From Narcine bancroftii (taxonomy: Eukaryota): DNA of 64,000 nt. The position numbers and the translations under genes were made by a program. Shown here piece by piece: positions 13,401-27,200 of the stretch (its first letter is position 1; each line of letters begins with the position of its first letter). Location: the NCBI RefSeq assembly GCF_036971445.1, contig NC_091481.1:11160001-11224000 (forward strand), read 5' to 3'. The notes under the pieces were generated by a model. The model was not told the origin of the DNA. It saw only the letters and a program-made list of their open reading frames with translations, and made no database searches.

Positions 13401-16400
13401 ATGTTGACATCCAGGAATTTGATGTTTTTGATCCTCTCCACTTCTGAACCCTCAATGAGAACTGGGTCGTGTTCCTGACTTCCTCCTGAAGCTCACAATC
13501 ATCTCCTTGGTTTTGCTGAGGTTGAGCGCAAGGTTGTTGTCATTACACCACTCAACGAGCTGATCTATCCCCCTCCTATATGCTTCCTCATTGCCATTTG
13601 TGATTCTGCCAACAACTGTGGTGTCATTGAAATACTTGTAGATAACATTGGAATTGTGCCTGGCCACACACTTGTGAGTGTATAATGAGTAGAGTGGTGG
13701 GCTAAGCACACATCCTTGGGGTACACCCGTATTGATAATCAGTGAGGAGGAGACATGTTTCCAATACATACTGACTGTGGTCTTCCGATGAGGAAGTCAA
13801 GGATCCAGTTGCAGAGTGGGATACAGAGGCCTAGAGTTTGTAGCTTCTTGATCAGCACTGAGTGAATAAGATTGGGAAAGGGCATTTTAAGGCAAGCAGA
13901 GAGAAGTTTCAACTTCAGAGAAAAACTGACACCAGACATCATGGATAAAAGAAAGTGACATCCAATGTGAAGTTCAGAAAATCTTCCTCCAGGGCTTGGC
14001 TCATAAAGGAAACTTTTACAAGAGAGAGTGAATGAGCAAGAGAGATGTCGATGCAGAACATTTATATCTCTTGTTCTGTGGACAGGGTTAGATGGAGAGC
14101 AATTCATTCATTGGCCCATAGAGCACAATCACGTATGAATGCAGAGCTGAATGCTATTGTTTCCACACAATTGTTTTCCACATGGGTATTTCATGAATAT
14201 TGGTTTGTAGAATTTAGAGGAAAAGAATCAATCTGAGCAAGGCTCCAAAAATATTTAAACAAGTCTCAGCCAGCAAACAAGCAACTGGTGTTAAGATTAC
14301 AGAAAGTGCAGGAATGGAGGTGGAGCGGAACACCAGCTGCAAGAATCAGTGAGACACAAGGAAAACAGGCACTTTTCACAGGCTTGGATCAACCAAAAAG
14401 GATTTTGAGTCAATGAAGGACTTCTGAAGTGTAGAGATGATTGTAAAGAAGTTACAGAAAATCTGTAGTCACCATGGTTAAAGTATTAAAAAAAACACAA
14501 AATGCTGGAGAACCTCAGCAGGTCAAACAGTGTCCTTTACGTAGCAATGGTAGAAATACCTTTTGGGCCTAAGTCCTTCATCAAGGAATGAGTTAGAGGA
14601 ACCTTTCCAAATTCCACACTTGAATGTAAACCTTCCCTCAGTCCCATCAGTTCTAAAAACCCCAACAGATTCAGTCTCATCTCAGCACTAAGCCAACTCT
14701 TTCCTGAAGGCCCACCACTGCAGACATAGCCCTCCTTTCAGCCCCCGCACACCAATAGCTACACACTCTCGCTTGCCACCTTGTCTGTCCATATAGATCT
14801 TCACTAAGCAAAGCAAAATCATACCTTATCTGAAAAGACGAAGCCAAGAACCCCAGCGACCAGTTGTAGCAAAAATACCAGCGTCAGGCAGATAGAGAAC
14901 TGGAAAATCAAATCACATTATGATCAGCAAAAAATGGCAGCAGAGAGAAAGGGGGGAGACTGACAAGTGAATGTAAACCATCTCATTTTAGCTCTTCACA
15001 TAATCATTGCTTTTGAATTGGTCTGCAAACAACATTTTATATATAAGGGATACCCACTAAGTTCCTAGTTTTCTACTCTATGAGGGAGGGCAGGCCAGGG
15101 GGAGTGCAAGACAGGTGTTGGTGTGGAAAGGTAGAAGTTCAGGGGAAGTGGATGCATCTGTAAAGTGGCCAAAAGGCATTCAGAACAGGCCAGGTCACAT
15201 TAACAATGTCCTACCAACTCGCCATTTAACACCTCAGTAAGCAGTTATTGCCGCATTTAGGAAAACACCACTGGCCTTCAGTGCCATGTCCCGATTATGT
15301 TCACAGACCGTCTGTGTGGAATACCCATCCTGAGGACACCTTCCTAGAAGGTGGGCAAAGGGAATCTCCAAGAGAGTTCTGATCACAGGAACTGTTGGCT
15401 CTTGGCTCCATTTCTCACACAGACAAGGGAATGATGATGCTCCCAGCACCCTCAAAGCAGAGCATCACTCACCGTCTGCAAGAGACAGATGTTCTCCCGT
15501 AACGATCCAACGCACCCACAGAATGTGATGAGGAACATCAATGCACCCACCACAATGAGGAGAAGGGCAGGGTCCACAGCGAGGCAGGCCATGGCAGCCT
15601 CTGCAAAATGTCATATATCCATTGATACCCAAATTCCTTTTCAACTGCTGATCCTCTCAAACTGCTACTCCCCATTGCCCACTCTCCAAATTAACCCAAT
15701 ACTACAATCATATCCCAATTCGCCTCTTCTCCAGTTGCCAAGCCTAAATCTCCATCTCTTGAACCCACGAAACAGCTTTATATCTCCTCAACCCCAATAT
15801 CCTTGAACCAACCTTTCCCATGCCTCCCCCCCCCTCCAGGTCCCCCAGCCCTTCCCATGCCCCCCCCCTCCAGGTCCCCCAATCCTTCCCACGCCTCAGC
15901 CCCCTCCAGGTCCCTAGCCCTTCCCCACGCCTCCCCCCGCCCCCCGGTCCACAACCCTTCCCTTGCCTCCCGCACCCAGGTCCCCTGACCCTTCCCACAC
16001 CTCCCCCACCGAGGTCCCCCAACCCTTCCCACACACATCCCTCCCCAGGTCCCCGACCTTTCCCACGCCTCCCTCCCAGGTCTCCAACCCTTCCCATTGC
16101 CTCCCTTCCCAGGTCCCCAGCTCTTCTCATGCCTTCCCCTCCCCCACCAGGTCCCCAACCCTTCCCATGCCCTCCCCCCCCCCCCAGCTCCCCAACCCTT
16201 CCCACACCTCCCTCCCCAGGTCCCCCACTTCTTTCAACCCTTTGTCAACAGAGTGGTGAAAATAATGAGCAGCACTCACCAGCATGCTTCATGACTCTGG
16301 CATACACACCAATGGCAACCATTACCAAAGAGATGGTCTGGAAAAAAGAAACCATGGTTACACAGGAAGATTAAACTGGTGGTCATTGTACATAGGATCA

Positions 16401-19400
16401 AGCCTGTAGACCCTCTGCTCTTCAACAAGCAGAGACCATATCGACTCTCTCCTACGACCACCCACCTTCAATCCCAGCACATTGTCTGGGGATTCCTGGT
16501 TCCCTCGCCCCTCTCAGTCCTTTTCTAAACTAGTCTTGCACAATCTATAGTTTTTGAGAATGGGTCAACCATCTTGAATTGTCCAGGAATTTAAAAACTA
16601 AAATCAGAGACATTGAAGAAATACATTTATTTTATTTTGTTTTAGAAATTGGAAAAAGTTAAATGCAACTCCTTGAGTTACTCAATTTGTTTTGATATTG
16701 GCCGCAGGAATCAGTTACACCTATTGGATAGTTGGAGCTCAGGTGAAGATACTTGCAGGAACATCTCATCAAAAGATGAGAACCCTGGAATTATAAATAA
16801 AGCCAGCAATCAAGGCTCAATCCTCCTTGCCTGAATGTAAGGCAGCAATAGATTTCATTCAACAAATTGCCTCTTAGGAGAAAGCAGTTAAGAGTCAACT
16901 CCGTTTGGAGGGAACTTGATGGATGAAGACATGAGCAAAATCCAAAGAGGTTGGAATGGTTCCTCCCTCACTACTTATTGAAATAGTACCTAGTTTCTAT
17001 TTAGTCCACTCTCCCCAAACCCTTTTCCCTCCCACCATGAATCTAAGGGATGTCAACCATGTAACCTTAATCCTTCAATAGTTAATTCAATTGACACATG
17101 GCACATGCCAATACCATTGATACAGGTTCTCACCAGCTCTCCCTTCCTGCCCTATTACTTTTCTCCAACCACTATTTTAAAGGGAGTCAAGCTGAAGCCT
17201 CCAACGTAAGAGCTGTGAGTGGAATGCTGGGGGGAGGGCGAGGAGGAAGATGAGGGGTCCATTTGGAAGCAACTGATGCTCAATGGCCCTTTTGAAAAGT
17301 GTGATTCAAAATACCAATCAGGTCATGTGACCTGCTGAGAATCCTGATGTGGAAAATTAAAATTTTGGTAAGTAAATAAAAAGAAATAATAGCTGCCATT
17401 GTTGCACACGTGATCTCAACATTCATTTGCACGGTTACCTGTAAGAACATTCATCTTCTCATGTCTCTGTTGGTAAAATAAACAAAGCAGAACATGAAAG
17501 CTTCTTTTGATCATTTGACAGTGAATTTTTGTTCAGCAAGTTTGCACAGGTATAGCCACAATTATTGCAAACATAGAAGTAATTTGTTCCCTTCAAGGAA
17601 CTTGATTAGGGCTCCTTCCTTCCTGACTCATTATTTTCCTTGATGTTGCATTACTATCTCCCAATCTACCCCTGCAACCGCAAGAAGTGCCGCACCTCCT
17701 CCCTCACACCATCCAGGGCCCCAGTCCTTCCTACTGAAGGGACACTTCATCTGTGAATTTGTCAGGATATTTACTCCATCTTGTGCTCCCAATGCAACCC
17801 CCTCTGCATCGGGGATTGCTTCGTTGAGCACCTTTTTTCTGCTTGCAACAGCAAGGATTCCCAATGGCCAACCACTTCAACTCCTTGCCACATTGACATG
17901 TCTGTCTATGGCTTCATGTACTAGCAAGTTGAGGCCACCCGTAGAGAAACAATACTTCACAATCCGTCTCAGCAGTTTCCAATAGATGACATCAATATCC
18001 ATTTCCAATTTCTGTTAACACCTTTCCCTGGTCTCTCCCTTTCCCTCTGCCTCCCTTCCTTCTCTTGCCCTTTGCCCACCCCCATCAGTTTTCCACTTCT
18101 TTCTCATCTTTCCCCTCCCACCTGTTAGCCTGTGCTCCACCCCTTCCCCTCTTTTCATTTGGCCATCTGCCTGATTTTCAGCACTCTTGAAGAAGGGCTC
18201 AGGCCTGAAACATCGATTGCTTTTGCTTTCAAGGGATGTTGCCTGACCTGCTGAGTTGCTTCTAAAAGCTAACATTGAGTGAGAGATTAAGACCATCTAT
18301 GACAGTCTACCCTGAGAAATATTGCCATTGGATCAGTTATATCCACCCAGGGTCTGCACTGGTTTAATATCCCATCTTTCATTGTCATAGGGGTTTCAGT
18401 CAAGGGATGGTTCACAAGCTCACTTGAATTTAGAGTGGTTCTCAACCTTCCCCCCCCCCACCCCCAACTCACATACCACCTTAAAGTATAGGATGCCATC
18501 GATGTTCTGTGGTAAATAGGGATTACTTGAGGTGTAATGCAATAAAAAAAGATATTTCCTTCATTATTACAATGAATATTCTGTAAATACAAACTTCTCT
18601 TGATTTTGGAAGACTCTTGAAAACTTCAAGATGTACATTCTGGCTGGTTGCATCATTGTCTGGAACTGAGGTCCAACACTCAGGACAAGAAAAAACATTC
18701 CAGAGGGTGTTGGGCAAGGACATCTACAAGAGGTGGTGCCTTAAGAAAACAGCCTCAATCCTCAAAGTCCATCACCACCCAGACAATGCCCTCTTCACTC
18801 TGCTACCATCAGGAAAGTACAGGAGCAACACCCAGAGGCCGAAGAACACCTTCTTCCCCTCTGCCATCAGATTCCTGAATGAGCAATGATCCAGACTCGA
18901 CCTTATCTTTTCCTGGCACTATTTTCGTGTCTTTTGTAAGGTGGTTTTAGAAATGTTTGTACTCCGATGCTTCCGCCAAACCACGAATTTCGTGACAAGT
19001 TCACGACGATAAATTCTGGTCGACAAAAGAACTCCATCAGTCCATAGACCGTGGTCGCGCTGCGTAACGTGTTGCAAAGGAAGTTTCCTCGGCATCCTCG
19101 TAAACACGAATTAAAGGGGCTGGGATCGCTCTGCTCGGTGTTTGGTTCGGGTGTTCAATAGCCGAGGAGGGCAACGTGCCTTCACATTTCTCCGCCACTG
19201 TTGCAATTCAATGCAGAATAAGGTCGGGATTGGGGCAAACAGCCACAAGCGCGGAAGAAATGGAAATTCCCAAAATTGTTACAAGTCCATGAACTTTAAA
19301 AATGAGCACGCTATGATTTTCCAAGGCACCGAGGGGAACTTCGACTCCAATAAAATAAACCTTTCAATCAACCTGCTCCAAGAAAATGCGAAGAGATTAA

Positions 19401-19665
19401 ATTCTTGTCCTTCTTTCTCCGAACATGCCTGCACTAAGAGGGACAGGTTGCTAAGCTGCAAGTTTGTCGCCGGTTAAAAAAATACCCAGCCCGCAGACCG
19501 GCATAAATTTCCCTCGGGACACAACATAGATCCACGGCGAGTTTAGCCACAGATAACGATTGAGGAAGGACTTACCCAGAACAACATGTTAAACAAGAAG
19601 AGTAAATATTTAACCACGGGGTTGACGAAGGTGAAATCCTCCCCCACCTTGCGGCTTCGAGCCAT
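2788..19665 (-). CDS. TSPAN33: Tetraspanin-33, 8 coding exons, 278 aa: join(19665-19576,16337-16280,15600-15473,14899-14825,8271-8176,7151-7026,5866-5705,2889-2788)
   Basis: All introns are GT-AG and phases match. Protein: [122 protein letters not shown]../[36 protein letters not shown]. Has the CCG motif, the TspanC8 cysteine pattern and the TSPAN33-type C-terminus HRADPWY. Confidence 0.96.
2935..3370 (-). mobile_element. Rex1/Babar-like LINE 3' fragment
   Basis: Degenerate ..[20 protein letters not shown].. resembling the Rex1 C-terminus, and a tail similar to the other copies in the window. Confidence 0.5.
4233..4295. repeat. 17-bp tandem repeat (ACACTTGTACAAGATT-like, ~3.5 copies) with palindromic core CTTGTACAAG; (CT)n microsatellite at ~4390-4428
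   Basis: Visible directly in the sequence. Confidence 0.8.
4775..5543 (-). mobile_element. DNA transposon remnant with a Cys-rich transposase N-terminal fragment; related copies at ~20271-20808, 36219-36827 and 40183-40315
   Basis: ORF 4860-5165 [38 protein letters not shown]. Copies share blocks (TTCAAGCTGAACAC..TAATTTCAGATTTGCTG; GATCAG..CCAAAATCC..GGAAGCAAAATCTT) and CACTGG...CCAGTG-type termini. Superfamily not determined. Confidence 0.6.
8687..9040. mobile_element. hAT/Charlie-like palindromic MITE; copies at ~18432-18550, ~25458-25822 and 30470-30643
   Basis: CAGTGGTTCTCAACC...GGTTGAGAACCACTG termini with internal inverted CACTCACATACCACCTTAAG arms. The copy at 30470-30643 has near-matching 8-bp flanks (atttagac/gtttagag). 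Confidence 0.75.
9150..12475 (+). mobile_element. CR1 LINE fragments (9150-10050) and a degenerate CR1 ORF2 (10120-12475)
   Basis: [23 protein letters not shown] and VAKFADDT motifs with frameshifts, plus a CR1-type 3' end (..CCTATGTCTTATG). Confidence 0.85.
12824..13862 (-). mobile_element. Rex1/Babar-like LINE, 5'-truncated
   Basis: [38 protein letters not shown] and an (ATTCTG)n-type tail. Confidence 0.85.
15810..16230. repeat. C-rich (G-rich on the sense strand) ~30-bp minisatellite in TSPAN33 intron 2
   Basis: Degenerate unit CCCCCTCCAGGTCCCCCAACCCTTCCCATGCCT, about 13 copies. It accounts for the Pro- and Gly-rich ORFs here. Confidence 0.85.
17640..18265 (+). mobile_element. Penelope-like element remnant; related remnants at ~20810-21330, 36995-37150 and 57000-57790
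   Basis: GIY-YIG-type motif YTGDTGYRLGDRFVE...PVANHFNSPSHS at ~37000-37115 and matching degenerate sequence in the other copies, plus the terminal block GAAGGGCTCAGGCCTGAAAC..CCTGCTGAGTT. Confidence 0.6.
18600..19020 (+). mobile_element. Rex1/Babar-like LINE 3' fragment; others at ~21340-22410, 25315-25455 and 55430-55920
   Basis: [15 protein letters not shown]...[12 protein letters not shown]...[12 protein letters not shown]. Confidence 0.75.
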
Positions 19666-20250
19666 GGATTGGTACAGATTCCTCGGGATACAAGGTCCAA
19701 AGTGCTTCGAGTCGACGCCGCGGACAGGGAAGGCTGACGATTGCCTTCACGGATAGTTCCAGGCAAGGTGATCACCTGCTTGCGGCGTTGCAGCCTCCAC
19801 CGGCAATTAACACGAAAGTGACGAGCCAGCCCTGTAGGTCAACCGAACGTACAGAGGGGGGTGGGGGGGAGCAGCTCCGGCTCCTTCTCCCCGCACCTTA
19901 TTGGCCCGCCCTTGTCAATCCGCGCATCCCATTCGATCCGAGCTGACGCCCATCACTGCGCCGCCAATGGTTGGCGTGACCTCTGACAGCACATTAGGTT
20001 GGTCCACAGCCTCTCTGCACAGAGCGACCGCAATCAGATGCTGCAAGGGGAGGGGGAAACGTGGGGCAGCGAATTGGAACCGGGAGGGGGTTTGGCTGCA
20101 AGGAGTGGGGATCAGAAAGGAAACGTCGCGACCGGAGTGGAAATCAAAGCATTGGAAATTGCCAATCGGCCACGCTGTAACACTGTAACAACGCAGGAAG
20201 AGAAAGGTCACTGGAAGGGTGGAGAGATTGAATGATTTAAAGGACGGCAC
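18970..20250 (-). promoter_or_regulatory. CpG-rich promoter / exon 1 region of TSPAN33 with CCAAT and GC boxes
   Basis: CpG density is high relative to the flanks and surrounds the ATG at 19665. ATTGG/CCAAT occurs near 19900, 19965 and 20162, and CCCGCCC near 19906. Confidence 0.7.
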
Positions 20251-23200
20251 GCAGGGCAAAAGGAGATGTATCTGGGCAACAATTTTTTTTAAAGGCTTGC
20301 TTCCCAAAAGAAAATTGAGGATTCAAGCTGAACACGAGAATAATTTCAGATTTGCTGTATCAAGCAGGAAGTTAGAAAAACATTAAATGAACATTCATTG
20401 AATTTAGCCTGTTTAATTGCATTCGTTCAACTGACCTAAAAAGGTTTTACTGCTGATTTTCATTTGTACTCAGCATCTGATGCCTATAGTGTCAGTGTCC
20501 AACAATCGCCAACCAGCATTGATGGATTCCATTTGACCTGATTCTGCTTTTCCATGGTGTCAATGTCCTCGGCACTGACTTCAGCAGGGAAGAAGTCCAA
20601 GTGCAAATGCAGAAAATGACATTTCAATGACTATTGTGCATCATGGCTTTATCTGCTTGAAGCATGGAACATATGCTTGAAACATGTTATATCTAAAAAC
20701 AGTATGTGATAGGAAAATGTTTAAACTGTTTTTCATGATCAGCGGTCCAAAATTCGTAAAATACACTCAAAAGTGTCCAGGAAGCAAAATCTTTGTTGTC
20801 CGATGTGATTGAGAAAACTTTGCAGATGCCAGGGTCTAGTGCAGCATTGAAAGAGCTGAAGAAACTCAGCAGGTCACTCAGCATCCATGCAAAGTAAATG
20901 AAGTAAAGGGCAGTTGACATTTTAGGCCTGAGCTCTTCTTCAGGAGTATTGGATGCATGAAGACCAATGGGGGGGGGGGGGGGGGGGCAAGGAAAAGCGG
21001 GAACAAGGCAATTGGTGGATGCGGGTGGGAGAGTAGAAAAAAACTGAGGATAGGGAAGAGTGCAGAGGGCTAGGAAAGACAGCTCTCTGATAGAAGGTGG
21101 TGAGGAGATGGAGGGAGACCAGGGAAAGGGGATTAACAGTAAATGGAGTTGATATTGATGGCATCAGTTGGAGTCTATTATTCCTCCAATTGGCAGATTG
21201 TGTAAAATGATAGTTCACGAGAGATATGTCAATGTGGCAATTGGGTGTGGAACTGAAATGGCCACCAGGAGACTGACTTTTATTTTCTATGGATGCTGTG
21301 TGACCTGCTGAGTTTCTTCAGTACTTTTGTAGACTGCACTATTATAGTATTGTTATGGGATTCATTCAGAAGCCTGATGGCTGTACTGAAGCTATTTCTA
21401 AATCTGTTGGTGTATACTTTCACAAGCTTTCTCTCCATTGGGAGGAGGAGGAATCTGGGATCTGTAGCTTCTTGTGTTCTTGAGCAGACTCTGCTGGGAC
21501 GCATCCAGCAAATAGGCTATCGCTGGTGCACGTTTAGGAATTGTCGAGGGACATTTCAAGCTTCCTTAGTCCTCCAAGAAAGTAGAGACATTGCTGTGCT
21601 TTTTGACCATTGCTTTGATGTGTTTGTCCCAGGTAAGTGAAGATGTTTATCCTTAAGAACTTGAAATGATCTACTCTTTCGACTTCAGCACCATTAATGT
21701 GGTCAGAGACTCTGTCCCTCTCCTAAATTCAATGATCATTCAAGATTCAACTTATTGTCATGTAATAAAGACAGTGCAGTAGTACACTGAATTTGTTTTC
21801 ATCTGCCTGAAGCCAGACAGATTCACCATTGGAAGAAATTGCCTGAAGCGCCTCTTACAGTCAGAGAAAGAGAGAGCACGCGACACACACACACATCTCA
21901 GTTTTATTGACATTAAGAGAGGTTGTTTACTTGGCACCGTGTCACTCGACTTTCAATCTCATCCCTGTTTCCCCACTCATCATTATTTGATACCTGGCCC
22001 ACTACTGTGATGTCACTGGAAAATTTGAAGATACATTAGAACAGTACTTAGCTGTACATCTATGGGTGCAGAAGGAGTATAGCAGGGGACTGAGTGCACA
22101 TTCTTAAGGAGTGCCAATGCGGAGTGTCATTGTGGAGGAGCCATTGTAGCCTTTTAGACAACAAGTCAAGGATCCAGTTACATAGTAGAGGTGCTGAAAT
22201 CTAGTTCGGGAATTAGTTTACTGTCACCTATGGTATTGAAAGCAGAGCTATTGATGAACAGTAGTTTGATGTGGGTGTTCTTTGCATCCAGGATCGAGCA
22301 GAGGCCAACTGAAGTGGGACAAGGCTGGCTGGGAGGCTGAAGCGGACACGAGCCATGACCAGCCTCTCAAAGCAATTCATGATGGCGGATGTCAAAGCCA
22401 CCAGGATTTGACAAATAATTAAAGAAGCATGTTTACATTTAAAATTAGCAATGGTTATTTTCAAAAATGGCCTGAGGTTTTGCAACTGCAACACTGGGAA
22501 AAATCCCCCTGCACATAACCCTCAAAAGTACTGTCATCGCCTTAAACCTCTTTGCATTGAGAACACCTGAATGATGTAAAGATTATTAAATGCCACTCGA
22601 ATCTCAGCTATCAGTGGCTGAAGTCTGACAGATTGATAATCAAAAGCGAGGCAAGAAAAAGAAAGTAAATATCAGAGAAACAAGAGATAGTCAGAGGGAA
22701 AACAAATAAAACTGCAGATGCTGGAATCTGAACAAAAGCAGAAACTCTAGAAGAACTCAACAGTATCTGTGGAAATAGAAATCAGTTGCCCGTTTGGGCC
22801 TGGGATCAAAAATAGAGTGTCTGGCATAAAATGAGGCTCAAAACAAGAGGGCAAAGTAAGAGTGTCAAAGGCAGAGTAAGAAAGATGGGAGGCAAGAAAC
22901 TGAAAAGAAATGGAGAGATTGTGATTTGTCAGAACATGGTTAGGAGAGCAAATCATTTAAAAGGCACTGTGTATCTAGCTGCTACACACTATGGCTCTGC
23001 AGACCCAATAGCACAGGAGAGCTTAGAGGTCCATGCACGTTAGTTCAGAAAAAACATACTGTTCCCAGAAAGAATGACACGAACCCAGTTGAGTGCAGTG
23101 AACACTAAACTTTATTGGGCTCACAGCCCTGCTTTTATTCTCAAGCTGAGGGGCATGGTCAAAACCCTCTCAGTACTGATTGGGGGGGGTTTGTGATCCG

Positions 23201-24284
23201 CTTTCCCTGATAGGCCAGTTAAGCTCTTTTGGTTGTGGTCAATTGGAGGGCAGCGCTGTGGCCTTCGTGCAGCCTGCTGGATCGTCGCATTCATCCTTCA
23301 TTTTGTGAGGCTCCTTCGGGGAGCTGCCAAAACTGTATATTTTAACCCATTATATTTTAATCCTGTCGTGGAATTTGCACGTTCACCTGGGCCGCTCTTC
23401 ACTGCACCTTCCAAACCCATGACCTCCACTCTCAAGGACAAGGGTAGTTGGAGCAGTGGACCACCACCACCACCTGTAGCTTCCCCTCCAAATTTAAAAT
23501 CTGATTTTAAAACAGACTGCCGGTCTAACATCCTGGAATTGGTTCCCCAAAAGCCTTCAACAGGGGGCTGCAGTTGTTCAAGAAGGCAGCCCACCACAAT
23601 CTTCTTGGGCTAATGAGGTGTGGGCAGTGAATGATTTCCTTATGATTGATGTGAAACAAAAAAGTCCGCAGACGCCGTGATTGTAGTAAAAGTGCACAGA
23701 AATGCTGGAGGAACTCAGCCTGTCTCACAGTGTCCACAGTGGGGTAAAGATATATTACCGACAGTTCGGGCTCCTCCCTGCCATTCTTCAGTCTTTATTC
23801 AGATGCCTTTCTGCTTTTTTTTTTTACCTTGAAGGGGTTAGACCCAAAAATATCTTTACCTCCTATGGAAGCTGCAAGACCGGCTGAGTTCCTCCTGCAT
23901 TTCTGTGTGGTTTTCCTTCCAATTGATGTTCAGATCCTAATAACTAAATAGTTATCAAAACAATTGAATAATTCTTTCTCCACATATGCTGCTTATCCTG
24001 TTGACCATTTCCAGATTAGGTTTTCAATTCAGATTTTCAACATTTGTAGTGGCATGCACCATATGTTACCATGGTGTAATCTGTTGTAAAAATTGGTGCG
24101 ATTATTTAAGTATGAAGAATGTCTATAATTTGTCTCATGACTTGCTGTACAGCAGAGACCTCTCCCAGATAGTCCAAGCATAAATGGCCTCACCAGTAGA
24201 GGAGAAAGTTTATGAAGATCAATTCCAGTTAGAAAATACATGGGTCCTTCTTCTGCTGCATGGAGGGCAAGGACTTCTAATCCC

Positions 24285-27200
24285 TCACTTTTTCAGTGTT
24301 TCACTCACTTGATCGATTGCTTCTTTGGTCCTGCTGAAACAAGAGATCAATAATGCAGCTCATAGACAGAGGGATAGCACAGTTTAAAACAAAACCCCTT
24401 GTAAGTAACACAATCTACAACAACGAAGAAGAATTAAGAACAAATATCTAACATACATTTTGATGCTTTCCTTCCAAGGCAGAGAAGTTCAAAGGATCAA
24501 GATGGGCTTCCCATTTGAACTATCATTTGATAGGATACTTTACTGGGTCAAGAAAAACTAGTCTGTTAACAGCTCAATACTTTCAGATTAAATTACAATA
24601 CAGTTGAACCCGTCATCCAGCATCAATGGGGATTGATAGATGCAAGATAAGGGAATTTTCTGGTTGGTTGAGGTTGGGCGTTGCGTGATTGACAAACTAA
24701 TGGCGAGGCACGCCAATTTTAAACCCACACTTTTTACCCATTTATTTTCTGCAGTTATTTTGCCAGTTGCTTGATGCTGCTGGTTTCTTGAATTTTGGAT
24801 ACTGTACTTTCCCAGAAGCACATTCCCCCTCCCAGTACTTTCCAAAAGTGATGACTGAAAATATTTTTTGATCATGTTGGGACAATGGCTGAAAACTACT
24901 CTCCTTCCCAAGATTCCCTGCTTCAAAGTCTGTATGATGCTGAATGAGACAAGAATGCTGGTTTCATCCAAGGATTAATCCAGGTCTGACAGAAGTTGCC
25001 GATGCTGTGACCCTGAATCATCTCATCCCAACCATGTTGAGGCTGATGGACATATGTATGGTGGAATTCTGCCCCATATCCCTGGGTAAATAGGACCAAA
25101 CAGTTTTAACTACATAACATTTCATCAATGAGACTGAATGGCAGAGAAACAGACCTTTTGGACCACCAAGTCCACTCAAGCCACTCGCCATTTAAAATTT
25201 TTGTCTCAGCCTTTTGAAACATCTTGTCAGCCATTCTCACAAAGGAATTATTTCCCTTTAGGAAGTATTGAAGCCTTACAGGTTTCCTGTGGTAGCAGAT
25301 TCAGTATTTTAACCCAGTGATTAAATACGAGAAGAAACTCCAGAGGGTTGTTAACTTGGCCTGCGACATTATGGGCACTAGACTTCACTCCATCGAGGAC
25401 ATCTACGAGAGGTGGTGTCTTAAGACAGCAGCCTCAATCCTCAAGAACCACAACCATCTAGTGTTCACTTTTTCTTTCCACTCACATACCACCTTAAGCA
25501 ATCCCTATACCATCGGTGCTCTGTGATTAGTTAAGGTGGTATGTGAGTGGGGTTAAAAAAAAAAGGTTGAGAACCACTGCTCTAGCCCCCAATTGTTACT
25601 GAAATATTTTGCTTGAGAAAAATTGTCATTGGCCATTTCCTTTTGAGTTATGAAACCATGCACATAACGAGTCAATTAGGTACGATTGAAACAGTGATTT
25701 TCAAACTTTTTCTTGCCGCTCACATACTACCTTAAGCAATCCCTTACTAATCACAGAGAACCGATGGCTTAGGGATTACTTAAAGCAGTATGTGAGTGGA
25801 AAGAAAAAGTTTGGAAACCACTGTTCTAACCAATTCCCCACCACCCCCCCCCACAAAAAATTCTCTTTATTCTCCACAAAATTTTCCAATCTGTAAAAAC
25901 ATCATGTCCAATATATTTATAAATTTTTAAGGAACACTTTATTTCACATCTTCTCTATTCTAAAAGAAAAAAAAACTTTCTCTCAGCTCCAGAACCATTC
26001 CTGAACAAATTCTCTTTCCTCACAGCCACCCAATCTAGTGCTTGTCTTCTACACGTTGAAAGAACATAAATTCACTACTTCAACACACCTGGAAGTAAAT
26101 CACACACAAAATTAGCATTTAATTATTCTGCTAATCCACAGTGCTATTTTTAATACATTTGTTCAGATGCATACCAAGGTACTTTTGTTCTTTTACACCA
26201 TACAATTTATTTTAAGTATGAGGTAATGTTTTAATTTTCCTCACCAAGATTCCTCTCATTTTTGGGTTAGACTTCATTTTCCAATTTAATGCTAAACAAC
26301 AAAAAACTGTTCATTAAACATTTGCTTAAAGTTAAAAGTCATACTTTTCACAGCATTTCTCCATCAGGGTTTCTGTCAAAAGGGATTAATTAATTGCAAC
26401 AATTAGTTATTCTCAGATATTCTTTGCTTTGATTGCTCAAGGATCATCTCGAAAACAGCATATAGTTCAGCCTTCAACACCATTATTCCCTCAGTCCTGG
26501 TCAACAAGCTTCAAACCCCGGGCCTCTGCACCCTCTTCTATAACTGGATCCTTGACTTCCTCATTGGAAGACCAGTCAGTTCAAATTGGAAATAACATCT
26601 CCTCCTCACTATCGATGAAGGCACACCTCATGGATGTGGGCTTAGCCCACTGCTCTACTCACTACACCCATGACTGTGTGGCCAGGCACAATTCCAATGC
26701 TATCTACAAATTTACCGATATCACCACAGTTGTCGGCAGAATCACAAATGGCAATGAAGAAGTGTACAGGAGGGAGATAGATCAGCTTGTTGAGTGGTGT
26801 CACACTGACAACCTTGCACTCAATGTTGGCAAACCAAGAAGGTGATTGTGGATTTCAGTAGGAAGTCAGAAGAACTCAAACCAGTCCAATTCAAGAGATC
26901 AGTAGTGGCAAGAGGCAAGAACTTCAAATTCTTGGGTGTCAACATCCCCAAGCATGCATCTTGGAGCCTCTATGTCGATGCAATCATGAAGAAGGCTCAT
27001 CAGTGGCTAAACTTTGTGAGCACTGTTCCCTCTAAGCTGTGCAACCAGCGCAAAAAGGAAATGATGTGCGCACAAAAGGTTAATTACCTAAAATAATATA
27101 GTAATAATTATCCTTTTTGAAAATCATCTCTTAGTAACTGTTTCTATTATCTAGTTAGTCGGTTAAACAAGTAGTTAATCATACATGTATGATATTAAAA

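Noticed and set aside
15744-16374. Long Pro-rich and Gly-rich ORFs on both strands (likewise 57759-60228)
   Set aside because: They are translations of C/G-rich minisatellites with no splice or domain support.
23060-23300. Possible solo LTR resembling the Gypsy B LTR
   Set aside because: The similarity is short, and I could not define termini or a TSD.
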